This document shows positions 1 through 10,327 of a DNA stretch of 64,000 nucleotides, piece by piece (position 1 is the first letter of the stretch; each line of letters begins with the position of its first letter). The notes below the pieces were generated by a model that was not told the origin of the DNA, ran no database searches, and worked only from the letters and a program-made list of their open reading frames with translations. Made by a program: the position numbers and the translations under genes. This stretch comes from Methanobrevibacter sp. (lineage in GTDB: Archaea; Methanobacteriota; Methanobacteria; Methanobacteriales; Methanobacteriaceae), in NCBI RefSeq assembly GCF_015062935.1, contig NZ_SUTM01000004.1, forward strand, positions 25,106 through 89,105, written 5' to 3'.

Positions 1-1
1 C

Positions 2-3000
2 ATTTCTCTATTGTTCAATGACCCAACTATCAGAAAACTTGCAGCCGAAATTGAAAGCAGCGATAAAGACTCTGATATAAGTGAAATTATTGAAATGGCA
101 AACAGCATGGATTACCTGCCGATGACTGACAACCAAATTGGTGTATACTACGAATGTATGCAAAGTCCCGGCGAAATCAAATATACCATGCCTACTACCA
201 TGAGACTGGGCTGTGATGTTGATGCAGATAAATTAAAAGAAGCAGTAATTGAAACTGTCGAAGCCCATCCATATCTCAAAACAAGAATTGTCATTGACGA
301 TGAAGGTGAACTGAAACAGAAGAGATGTGATGATGTTGCCATAGATGAAATTGAGATTGTAGAAGTCGATTCCATTAGCGATGAAGAAATGATGAAAAAT
401 GACGTAAAAGCATTTTCATTCGGTGATGAACAGTTATTCAGGGCTAAAATATATAAAACACCTGATGAAACAGTACTCTTCACTGATTTCCACCACATAA
501 TTACTGATGGTGTGTCTCAAATCAATTTCTTCGACGATATAGCTAATGCTTATGAAGGAAAAGACCTTAATGGTGAAATCGTTGACGGATATGTTTACAG
601 TCTGCTTGAAGATAATCTTAAAAACAGTGACGCTTACGGAAAAGCTAAAGAATTCTTCGATGAAAAACTTTCACAGGAAGTTGAATCAACAGTTCTTACT
701 CCAAACCTTAACGGTAATCCTGATGAGGGTAAATTAAAAGCATTTATTGATACTATTGATGCTGAAGAAATTAAAGAATTCTGTAATCGTAATTCATTTA
801 GTCAAAACTCATTATTCCTGGCTGCCCTCACATTAACATTGAATAAATACACTTTCAGCGATAAGACACTGATTACAACTATATTCAATGGTAGATCCAA
901 TCCATTGTATTATGACACTCAAGGATTCCTGGTAAAAACACTTCCATTGATATTCAACAATGAAAACAGACAGGAAACTATTAAAGAATTCATTAACGGC
1001 ATTGATGATGTCTGGAAAGACACTATGGCCAACAGCATTTACCCATACACAAATGTTGCACAGGAATATCAACTAAAACCCGAATTCTTCTTTACATATC
1101 AGGAATTTTATGATTCAGGACCTCGTGTAATAAATGGAAATCTTTGGGAAGAAAGGGAATTAGTTTCTGAAGATTTGGCTACAACTGAATATAAGATTAA
1201 CTTTGATATAGATGTTTCAGAAGATAAAATAGACTTTGTAATCATATATAATGATGAATTATACACTGAAGACTACATTAAAACATTTATCAAGTCCATG
1301 CAGCTTGTCTTAAATCAGTTCCTGGAAAATGATGTCAATGAATTATGCATCGGTGAAGTGGAATTGGAAACCACCAAAGAAATACCTACCTTCAGCCATG
1401 TGGAAACTCCATTCATCCACAAACGCTTTGAAAAACAGGTTGAAGCAAATCCTGACAACATTGCTCTTGTTGCAACAGATGCTACATTAACCAATGAAGA
1501 GCTTAACATCAAATCAAATCGTATAGCTAATGCACTTATCAGAAAAGGTGTTGAGCCGAGAAGCAACATCTTAGCAATGCTTCCAAGGGACAGCAACCTG
1601 ATAGCAACAATAATCGGTATCTTAAAGGCAGGATGTACATTTATCCCTATTGATTTGGAATATCCTAAAGAACGTATTGATTATATCTATGAAAACAGTC
1701 AGGCAGATTATATCATAACCTCTGACGGAAAAGCAGATAATGAATTGGACATTTATGAATTGCTTGAAGAGAAAAACACTTCAAATCCTAATGTTGAAAT
1801 TTCACCTAATGACTTGGCATACATGATTTACACTTCCGGTTCAACAGGATTGCCTAAAGGTGTAATGATTGGACATAAAAATGCATGTAACCAGGCCGAA
1901 TCCAATCCAAAATGCGAATACGATAATCTATTAAGTATTGCAACAATTGCATTCGATACATCTCTGGAGGATATCTTAACAGGTATTACAAACGGTATCA
2001 GAATAATATTCGCTAATGATTCAGAAATCAAGAATATTGTTGATTTAATCAGATTAATCAGGGAACACGAACCTCAAGTAATGGAATTCACTCCTTCAAG
2101 ATTGATATCCTATCTTGAAGTTGAGGAGTTCTGTGAAGTGATTGGCTGTGCCAAATGTATCGTTATGGGTGGAGAGCAATTCTCAGCTAAAGCATTTGAA
2201 GGCGTTAAAAAATACTGTGACGCTAAGGTCTACAACAGTTACGGACCAACTGAGGCAACAATTGCATCCAACTATAAAGAAATCACAGATCCAGAAAACA
2301 TTACAATCGGTAAAGCTCTTAAAAACTATGTAACCGAAGTAAGGGATATCGATGGAAAACTCCTGCCTCAAGGAGTAATGGGTGAGCTGTACATCGGTGG
2401 TGTCGGTGTAGGTAAAGGATACTACAACATGCCTGACAAAACAGAAGAAGTATATCTTACAATTAACAATATCCCATACTACAAGAGTGGGGACTATGCA
2501 ATAGAGCTTCCAGACGGAGACATTGACATTAAAGGAAGAATCGACAACCAAATCAAGCTCAGAGGATTGAGAATTGAAATTGGTGAAATCGAATCAAGCA
2601 TTAACAAATTCCCTAATGTCAAAAATGCAGTTGTTGTAATTAAGGAAATCAACAACAACGACCATTTATGTGCTTATTTCACAGCTGAAAATGAAATCGA
2701 TAAGGATGCATTGAAAGAATTCCTTAAAGAAAGATTAACATATTACATGGTTCCAACAGTGTTCATGCAATTGGATGAAATTCCACAATTGCCTAACGGT
2801 AAAACAGATACCAAAAAACTGCCAGAACCTAAATTAGAACTGGAAAACATAAAACCTGAAAATGAAACCGAGCAAAAACTGTTCGATATCACTTCAGAGT
2901 TAATCGGAACAGATGAATTCGGTGTTACTGATGATTTATATGCCATTGGATTTACCTCATTAACATTGATGAAATTAAACACCTTAATTTATAAGGAAAT

Positions 3001-6000
3001 GAATGTTAATCTGGACATTTCAATATTGTTCAACAGTCCAACAGTTAGAAAGCTTTCCGATGAGATTTTGAATCATGGTGAACAGTCATCAAAATTAGAT
3101 GAACTCATTGAATTAGCAGATACTCAGGAATATTTCCCATTGACAGAAAATCAACTGGGTATTTACTATGAGTGCATGCAGAGTCCTGGTGAAATCAAAT
3201 ACACCATGCCTGCAATTGCAAGGTTTGACCATGACGTTGATGCTGAAAAATTAAAAGAATCAATCGTCAAAGCAATTGAAGCACATCCATATCTTAAAAC
3301 AAGAATTGTAACTGCTGATGATGGTACATTAAAACAATATAAAAACATTTCTGCTGAAATAGATGAAATTGAAATTGTTAATGTGGATTCAATCAGTGAT
3401 GAAGAAATCATTGAAAATGATGTAAAAGCATTTTCATTTGACGGCGAACAATTGTTCAGATTCAAAATATACAATACTCCTGAAGAAATTTTATTGTTCA
3501 GCGATTTCCACCATATAATTACAGATGGTGTATCACAGGCATTATTATTTGAAGATATAGGAAATGCATATGAAAATAAAGAGATTGAAAAAGAAATCGT
3601 TGACGGTTATGTTTTCAGCTTAATTGAGAATTATCTGCAAAACAGTGAAAGATATGAGGATGCTAAAAAATTCTTTGATGACAAGCTGTCACAGGAAATC
3701 GATTCAACTGTTTTAACACCTGACCTTAACGGAGATCCTGAAGATGGATTAATCAAATTGGTCTATAGCAGAATGGATATTGGTAAAATTGATGATTTCT
3801 GTTTAAAACATTCAATAGGACACAATTCCTTGTTTATGTCTGCAATGATTTTGAGCTTGAACAAGTTCACTTATAGTGATGAGACATTGTTTACTACAAT
3901 ATTCAATGGAAGAACAAATCCTAACTATTTCAATACTCAAGGATTTTTAGTAAAAACCTTGCCATTGATTATTAAAAATGAAAACAGACAACAAACTGTT
4001 GAAAAATTCCTCAAATCTGTAGATAAAACTTGGATTGATTCAATCAACAATAGTATTTATCCATATACCCATATTTCTGATGAATATCAGTTAAAACCTG
4101 AAATATTCTATTCCTATAATGAGGGTTCAGGATCTGAAAGCCTTGTTATAAACGGCAAGGATTATGAAAACTATGAATTGTCTGATGCAACTGAAGAAAC
4201 AGAATATAAAATAGATATTTCAGTGCTTAAACAGGAAACCACACTTGATATAGGAATATCCTACAATGACCAATTGTACTCTGAGGATTATGTAAAAACA
4301 TTCCTGGCTTCAATTGAAACTGTATTGAATCAATTCATGGACAATGATGTTGAGACATTCAGAATATGCGATGTTGAACTTGAAACCACAAAAGAAGAAC
4401 CTACATTCATTCCTCTTGAAAATCCATTCATCCATAAGCGTTTCGAAGCACAAGTGGAAAGCAAACCTGATGAAATTGCATTGATATCAAATGGGAAAGA
4501 GTACACCTACAGTGAATTAAATGAATTAAGTAACCGTGTTGCTAACGGTCTGATTAAACGTGGAGTCGAACCTAAACACAATATTCTGATAATGCTTCCA
4601 AGAACTGCTGATTTAATTGCATCCATATTAGGTATTCTAAAGGCAGGATGCGGATTCATCCCAATCGATTTGGAATATCCTAAAGACAGAATTGAATACA
4701 TTTATGAAAACAGTGAAGCGGATTACATTATCTCAAATGAAACCTTTGATGTATCATTAAATATTAAAGAATTGCTTGAAGAAGACAATGTTGAATCTCC
4801 TGATGTGGAAATGTCTAAGGATGATACTGCATACATGATTTACACTTCAGGTTCCACAGGAAAACCTAAAGGAGTAATGATCAGTCATGAAAATGCATGT
4901 AACGAAACTGAAGGAAATCCTAAATGTGAATATGACAACCTATTGAGTATTGCTACAATTGCATTCGACACATCCCTTGAAGATATCCTTACAGGTTTAA
5001 CTAACGGAATTAAAATAATCTTTGCTAATGACACTGAAATCAAGAATGTGGTTGATTTAATACAGCTAATCAAAACAGAAAAACCGCAGGTCATGGAATT
5101 CACTCCATCAAGGTTACTGTCTTACCTTGAAGTTGAGGAGTTCTGTAACGTAATAGACTGCGCTGAATGTATCGTCATGGGAGGAGAACAATTCTCAGCC
5201 AAAGCGTTCAATGAAGTAAAACAGTACTGCGATGCAAAAGTCTACAACAGTTACGGACCGACAGAAGCAACAATAGCTTCCAACTACAAGGAAATTACTG
5301 ATCCTAACGTTATCACTATTGGTAAAGCATTGCAAAACTACGTAACCGAAGTAAGGGACATTGACGGAAAACTCCTGCCTCAGGGAGTAATGGGAGAGCT
5401 ATACATTGGAGGAACCGGTGTAGGTAAAGGATACTACAACATGCCTGAAAAAACCGAAGAAGTATACTTAACCATAAATGACATTCCATACTACAGAAGC
5501 GGAGACTATGCAATAGAACTTCCTGACGGTGACATTGATATCAAAGGAAGAATTGACAACCAAATCAAACTCAGAGGATTAAGAATAGAAATAGGTGAAA
5601 TTGAATCAAACATCTCCAGATTCCCAAATATCAAACGTGTTGTTGTTGCAATTAAGGAAATGAACAGCAGCGAACATTTATGTGCTTACTTCACAGCTGA
5701 GGAAGACATTGACACCAAACTCCTTAAACGCTACCTGCAAAGCAAGCTAACCCAGTATATGGTTCCAACAGTCTTCATGCAATTGGATGAAATTCCACAA
5801 TTGCCGAATGGAAAAACAGATATGAAATCATTGCCTGAACCTTCATTGGCACTTGATTATGTTGAACCTGAAACTGAAACTGAGAAAAAGCTATTCAAAC
5901 TCGTTTCATCACTTACAAGTGCAGAGGAATTCGGTATTACTGATGATTTATACGCTTTAGGATTCACTTCATTGACATTAATGAAATTGAATTCAATGAT

Positions 6001-9000
6001 TTATAATGAAACTGATGTAAACATTGAGATTACTGACCTGTTCAACAATCCTACAATCCAAAGTCTTGCAGACAAAGTAGACAACAATATTGATACCCAA
6101 ATTGATATTCCTGAAATCATAAAGACTGCTGAGACAATGGAACTGTTCCCATTGACCTCCAATCAGTTAGGTATCTACTATGAATGTATGCAGACACAGG
6201 AAATCAAGTACACAATGCCTTCAGCAATACACTTTGGCAGTGATATTGATCCGTTCAGACTCAAACAGGCAATCATTGATGCTATTGAAGCACATCCATA
6301 TCTTAAAACAAGAATAATCACCACTCCTGAAGGAGAATTAAGACAAAAAAGATGTGATGATATAGAAATTGATGAAATTGAAATTGCAGAAGTTGATTCA
6401 ATTACAAATGAAGAAATGATGGAAAATGACATCAGCTACATTCCAATTGAAGACAATCAGTTATTCAAATTCAAAATCTATAAAACTCCGACCGAAACAG
6501 TGCTGTTCACAGATATTCATCACATTATCACTGATGGTGTTTCACAAGACATTCTCTTTGATGACATTCTCAGCATTTATAACGGTGAAGAAATCGAAAG
6601 TGAAATCGTGGACGGATTTGCTTACAGTTTAATTGAAGAGCAACTCTCTGAAAATGAGGTTTCAAAAGAGTTCTATCAAAATAAATTTGCTCAAGGATTT
6701 GAATCAACTGTTTTAACTCCAAACCTGAATGGAAATCCTGATGAGGCTAAAATTAAGCTGATCGGTGACGGTATCAATTCAAACTTCGTTAGAATGTTCT
6801 GTCAAGACCATTCAATAAGTCCAAATGTACTGTTCATGAGTGCTACAATATTAGCTTTAAATAAATTCACATTCTCGGATAAGGCATTGATTACAACAAT
6901 TTTCAACGGTAGGTCAAACTCCAATTACTACAATACTCAAGGAATGCTGGTTAAAACACTGCCGATAATGGTTGACAGTTCAAATAGGGACATGTTCATT
7001 GAAGACTACATTAAAGTAGTGGACAAATCCTGGAAAGATTCATTAGTGCACAGCAATTATTCATACACTAAACTTTCAGAAGATTATCAATTAAAACCTG
7101 AATTCTTCTATGCATACCATGGAGCATTTGAAACAGATAATCTTGAATTGAATGGAAACACTTACGGTATGGAAGAGCTTGACGGTACTGTAGCAACCGA
7201 TTACAAGATTAACTTGGATGTTTACGATGACGGAGAAAATATTGGAATTTACATTGAATATAATGACCAAATATATACTGAAGAATACGTTAAAAAATTC
7301 TTGGATGCTATTAAATATGTTTTAGTACAATTCTTCGTAAATGACATGGATAAATTAAGAGTTAATGAAATCGAGCTTGCACCTAACTGGCTACTGCCTG
7401 AATTTGAGGAAGTTGTCAATCCGTTCTTACATAAACGTTTCGAAGAACAAGTGGCAGCCAAAGGAGATGAAATTGCGCTTGTTGCAAGTGACGCTTCATT
7501 ATCATATGATGAGCTTAACAGAAAGGCAAATCGCATAGCTAATGCATTAATCAGTAAGGGTGTTAAACCGAGAAGCAATATTTTGATAATGCTTCCTCGT
7601 ACCAGTGACCTGATTGCTTCAATAATCGGTGTATTAAAAGCAGGTTGTGCATTCATACCACTCGATTTAAAGTTCCCTAAAGAAAGAATTGAGTACATAT
7701 ATGAAAACAGTCAGGCAGATTACATAATTAATGTAGATGGCGTTGCACTTAATTCACTATCTATTGAAGAATTACTTGATGAAAGCAATGACGAAAATCC
7801 TGATGTTGAAATTTCATGTGATGATCTGGCATACATGATTTACACTTCAGGTTCAACAGGAAACCCTAAAGGTGTAATGATCAGTCACAAGAATGCATGT
7901 AACCAGACAGAATCAAATCCAAAATGCGAATACAACAACCTGTTAAGTATCGCAACAATTGCATTCGACACATCCCTTGAGGACATTCTTACAGGATTTA
8001 CCAACGGAATAAAAATAATATTTGCAAACGACGATGAAATAAAAAGCATTGTTGAGCTAATCAGATTAATCAAACGTGAAAAACCTGAAGTAATGGAATT
8101 CACACCGTCAAGATTGCTGTCATATCTTGAGTTTGAGGAATTCTGCGATGCAATAAGCTGCGCTAAATGTGTGGTAATGGGTGGAGAACAATTCTCAGCC
8201 AAAGCATTTGAAGGCGTTAAAAAATACGCTGATGCTAAAGTCTACAACAGTTACGGACCAACAGAAATCACAATTGCATCCAGTTATAAGGAAATAACTG
8301 ATCCTGAAAACATTACAATCGGTAAGGCTTTAAGAAATTACATAACTGATGTAAGGGATATTGACGGAAAACTTCTCCCACAGGGGGTAATGGGTGAGCT
8401 GTACATCGGTGGTGTCGGTGTAGGTCAAGGATACTACAACATGCCTGACAAAACCGAAGAGGTATATCTCACAATTGATGATATTCCATACTACAGAAGT
8501 GGAGATTATGCAATTGAACTTCCAAATGGTGAAATTGACATTAAAGGAAGAATTGATAACCAAATCAAGCTCAGAGGATTGAGAATAGAGATTGGTGAAA
8601 TCGAATCCAACATCTCAAACTTCCCAGACATCAAGCAGAATATTGTTGTAATCAAGGAAATAAGAAACAATGAACATTTATGCGCTTACTTCACAGCAGA
8701 TGCACAAATCAATAAAGATGAGCTTAAAGCCTACTTGGGCGAAAGATTAACTCAATATATGGTTCCAACAGTATTTATGCAAATTGATGAAATGCCTCAA
8801 ACTCCTAACGGAAAAACAGATGTAAAGGCATTGCCTGAACCTAAATTGGAATTAACTTATGTTGCTCCTAAAAACCAGCTTGAACAGACAATCTGTGCAA
8901 TTTACTCATCTATCCTTGATATAGAAATTGTCGGTGCAGAAGATAACTTCTTTGAAATAGGTGGAACATCACTTATTGCATCCAAGCTTATCATTGAATT

Positions 9001-10312
9001 GCTCAAGCAGGATTATAATGTGAAATATGATGACATTTTCAGAAACCAAACTCCAAGAGCATTAGCTGACTTCCTCTCAGGTGAAGGAATTTCAGAAGAC
9101 TTGGATGTTGACATCATTGAAAACTACGACTACACTCAAATCCATAAGCTTCTTGAACAAAACACCTTTGAAAACTTTGCCAAAGGTACAAATCTTGAAC
9201 TGGGCAATGTCCTGTTAACTGGTGTAACCGGATTCATGGGTATTCACGTATTATATGAATACATCAAACATGAAGAAGGAACAATTTACTGTATGATTAG
9301 AAAAGGTAAATTCGACAGCTGTGAAGAACGTTTAATTGATTTGATGAATTATTACTTCGAGGAAGACTTCACTGACCTTATCGGATCACGTATAATCTTA
9401 AGCGAAGGGGATATTACCAGTCTGGATGACTTCAAAAAGCTAGAGGATTATCCAATTGACACAATCATAAACTGTGCAGCAATAGTAAAACACTACACTC
9501 ATGATGACTACATATTCAGAGTTAACGTTGACGGTGTGGTCAATGGACTTGAATTTGCTGAAGCAAACAACATCAATTACGTTCAAATCTCAACTACAAG
9601 TGTTTTAGATGAATTTACAGAAGATACTGACATTGAAAATGTTCACTGTGATGAAACAACCCTGTATTGGGGACAAGACTTGTCAAACAAATACTTGAAC
9701 AGTAAGTTCCTTGCAGAAAGAATGGTTCTTGAAAAAGCATTAACAGGCATGAATGTAAAAATAATAAGGGTTGGAAACCTTATGGGCCGTTATTCAGACG
9801 GTAGATTCCAGAAAAACTTTGATACAAACGCATTCTTAAATAACATTAAAGCTATTAAGAACTTAAAAGCAACAATTGCTCCAATTTCCGAGGAACTCGT
9901 TGAATTAAGTCCGATTGATTATGTGGCAAAGGCAACTCTTGCTCTTGCTAAAACACCAAAAGAATCCATGATATTCCACGCTGTAAGCGATAAGCTAATA
10001 CCTAACAGTGACATATTCGATGCTTTAAATTCATTCGGATTTGAAATTGACGAAGTAACTCCTGAAGAATTTAAAGAAATCTATGAAAACAACATGGATG
10101 AAAACATTCAGGGAATGATTACAGCTGATATGAGTATTAATGATTTCGACTTTGAAGATGAAGAAGAAGTTGAAGGAGATTACGGTGAACTTGTTAAAAT
10201 AGACCAAACATTGGATATTCTAAGTTCATTAGGCTTTGACTGGCCTGAATGTGATGAAGATTATCTTGAAAGATTTATAGGTTATTTAAATGAGGTACAT
10301 TATTTTGATTAA
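2..10312 (+). CDS. Non-ribosomal peptide synthetase, 5'-truncated: [end of T]-C-A-T-C-A-T-C-A-T-R (terminal thioester reductase)
   Basis: The frame is open from nt 2 (ISLLFNDPTIRKLA, matching the ends of the internal T domains), so the TTG at 11 is not the real start. Three HHIITDG condensation motifs (nt 491, 3509, 6518; modules ~1005 aa), three YTSGSTGxPKG / YGPTE / GRIDNQIKLRG / NGK adenylation motif sets, T-domain serines in GFTS, GFTS, GGTS (nt ~2957, 5969, 8969), and an SDR-type R domain with TGVTGFMG and YLNSK (~9200-10300). Confidence 0.96.
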   Translation: MSLLFNDPTIRKLAAEIESSDKDSDISEIIEMANSMDYLPMTDNQIGVYYECMQSPGEIKYTMPTTMRLGCDVDADKLKEAVIETVEAHPYLKTRIVIDDEGELKQKRCDDVAIDEIEIVEVDSISDEEMMKNDVKAFSFGDEQLFRAKIYKTPDETVLFTDFHHIITDGVSQINFFDDIANAYEGKDLNGEIVDGYVYSLLEDNLKNSDAYGKAKEFFDEKLSQEVESTVLTPNLNGNPDEGKLKAFIDTIDAEEIKEFCNRNSFSQNSLFLAALTLTLNKYTFSDKTLITTIFNGRSNPLYYDTQGFLVKTLPLIFNNENRQETIKEFINGIDDVWKDTMANSIYPYTNVAQEYQLKPEFFFTYQEFYDSGPRVINGNLWEERELVSEDLATTEYKINFDIDVSEDKIDFVIIYNDELYTEDYIKTFIKSMQLVLNQFLENDVNELCIGEVELETTKEIPTFSHVETPFIHKRFEKQVEANPDNIALVATDATLTNEELNIKSNRIANALIRKGVEPRSNILAMLPRDSNLIATIIGILKAGCTFIPIDLEYPKERIDYIYENSQADYIITSDGKADNELDIYELLEEKNTSNPNVEISPNDLAYMIYTSGSTGLPKGVMIGHKNACNQAESNPKCEYDNLLSIATIAFDTSLEDILTGITNGIRIIFANDSEIKNIVDLIRLIREHEPQVMEFTPSRLISYLEVEEFCEVIGCAKCIVMGGEQFSAKAFEGVKKYCDAKVYNSYGPTEATIASNYKEITDPENITIGKALKNYVTEVRDIDGKLLPQGVMGELYIGGVGVGKGYYNMPDKTEEVYLTINNIPYYKSGDYAIELPDGDIDIKGRIDNQIKLRGLRIEIGEIESSINKFPNVKNAVVVIKEINNNDHLCAYFTAENEIDKDALKEFLKERLTYYMVPTVFMQLDEIPQLPNGKTDTKKLPEPKLELENIKPENETEQKLFDITSELIGTDEFGVTDDLYAIGFTSLTLMKLNTLIYKEMNVNLDISILFNSPTVRKLSDEILNHGEQSSKLDELIELADTQEYFPLTENQLGIYYECMQSPGEIKYTMPAIARFDHDVDAEKLKESIVKAIEAHPYLKTRIVTADDGTLKQYKNISAEIDEIEIVNVDSISDEEIIENDVKAFSFDGEQLFRFKIYNTPEEILLFSDFHHIITDGVSQALLFEDIGNAYENKEIEKEIVDGYVFSLIENYLQNSERYEDAKKFFDDKLSQEIDSTVLTPDLNGDPEDGLIKLVYSRMDIGKIDDFCLKHSIGHNSLFMSAMILSLNKFTYSDETLFTTIFNGRTNPNYFNTQGFLVKTLPLIIKNENRQQTVEKFLKSVDKTWIDSINNSIYPYTHISDEYQLKPEIFYSYNEGSGSESLVINGKDYENYELSDATEETEYKIDISVLKQETTLDIGISYNDQLYSEDYVKTFLASIETVLNQFMDNDVETFRICDVELETTKEEPTFIPLENPFIHKRFEAQVESKPDEIALISNGKEYTYSELNELSNRVANGLIKRGVEPKHNILIMLPRTADLIASILGILKAGCGFIPIDLEYPKDRIEYIYENSEADYIISNETFDVSLNIKELLEEDNVESPDVEMSKDDTAYMIYTSGSTGKPKGVMISHENACNETEGNPKCEYDNLLSIATIAFDTSLEDILTGLTNGIKIIFANDTEIKNVVDLIQLIKTEKPQVMEFTPSRLLSYLEVEEFCNVIDCAECIVMGGEQFSAKAFNEVKQYCDAKVYNSYGPTEATIASNYKEITDPNVITIGKALQNYVTEVRDIDGKLLPQGVMGELYIGGTGVGKGYYNMPEKTEEVYLTINDIPYYRSGDYAIELPDGDIDIKGRIDNQIKLRGLRIEIGEIESNISRFPNIKRVVVAIKEMNSSEHLCAYFTAEEDIDTKLLKRYLQSKLTQYMVPTVFMQLDEIPQLPNGKTDMKSLPEPSLALDYVEPETETEKKLFKLVSSLTSAEEFGITDDLYALGFTSLTLMKLNSMIYNETDVNIEITDLFNNPTIQSLADKVDNNIDTQIDIPEIIKTAETMELFPLTSNQLGIYYECMQTQEIKYTMPSAIHFGSDIDPFRLKQAIIDAIEAHPYLKTRIITTPEGELRQKRCDDIEIDEIEIAEVDSITNEEMMENDISYIPIEDNQLFKFKIYKTPTETVLFTDIHHIITDGVSQDILFDDILSIYNGEEIESEIVDGFAYSLIEEQLSENEVSKEFYQNKFAQGFESTVLTPNLNGNPDEAKIKLIGDGINSNFVRMFCQDHSISPNVLFMSATILALNKFTFSDKALITTIFNGRSNSNYYNTQGMLVKTLPIMVDSSNRDMFIEDYIKVVDKSWKDSLVHSNYSYTKLSEDYQLKPEFFYAYHGAFETDNLELNGNTYGMEELDGTVATDYKINLDVYDDGENIGIYIEYNDQIYTEEYVKKFLDAIKYVLVQFFVNDMDKLRVNEIELAPNWLLPEFEEVVNPFLHKRFEEQVAAKGDEIALVASDASLSYDELNRKANRIANALISKGVKPRSNILIMLPRTSDLIASIIGVLKAGCAFIPLDLKFPKERIEYIYENSQADYIINVDGVALNSLSIEELLDESNDENPDVEISCDDLAYMIYTSGSTGNPKGVMISHKNACNQTESNPKCEYNNLLSIATIAFDTSLEDILTGFTNGIKIIFANDDEIKSIVELIRLIKREKPEVMEFTPSRLLSYLEFEEFCDAISCAKCVVMGGEQFSAKAFEGVKKYADAKVYNSYGPTEITIASSYKEITDPENITIGKALRNYITDVRDIDGKLLPQGVMGELYIGGVGVGQGYYNMPDKTEEVYLTIDDIPYYRSGDYAIELPNGEIDIKGRIDNQIKLRGLRIEIGEIESNISNFPDIKQNIVVIKEIRNNEHLCAYFTADAQINKDELKAYLGERLTQYMVPTVFMQIDEMPQTPNGKTDVKALPEPKLELTYVAPKNQLEQTICAIYSSILDIEIVGAEDNFFEIGGTSLIASKLIIELLKQDYNVKYDDIFRNQTPRALADFLSGEGISEDLDVDIIENYDYTQIHKLLEQNTFENFAKGTNLELGNVLLTGVTGFMGIHVLYEYIKHEEGTIYCMIRKGKFDSCEERLIDLMNYYFEEDFTDLIGSRIILSEGDITSLDDFKKLEDYPIDTIINCAAIVKHYTHDDYIFRVNVDGVVNGLEFAEANNINYVQISTTSVLDEFTEDTDIENVHCDETTLYWGQDLSNKYLNSKFLAERMVLEKALTGMNVKIIRVGNLMGRYSDGRFQKNFDTNAFLNNIKAIKNLKATIAPISEELVELSPIDYVAKATLALAKTPKESMIFHAVSDKLIPNSDIFDALNSFGFEIDEVTPEEFKEIYENNMDENIQGMITADMSINDFDFEDEEEVEGDYGELVKIDQTLDILSSLGFDWPECDEDYLERFIGYLNEVHYFD

Positions 10313-10327
10313 ATAAGGTGGTTTTAA

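Noticed and set aside
11-13. TTG start given for the NRPS
   Set aside because: The frame is open to the window edge and encodes the end of a T domain, so the gene starts upstream.
148-8563. Many antisense and alternate-frame ORFs in the NRPS, some recurring every ~3 kb
   Set aside because: These are shadows of the repeated NRPS modules, with no RBS or recognisable domain.
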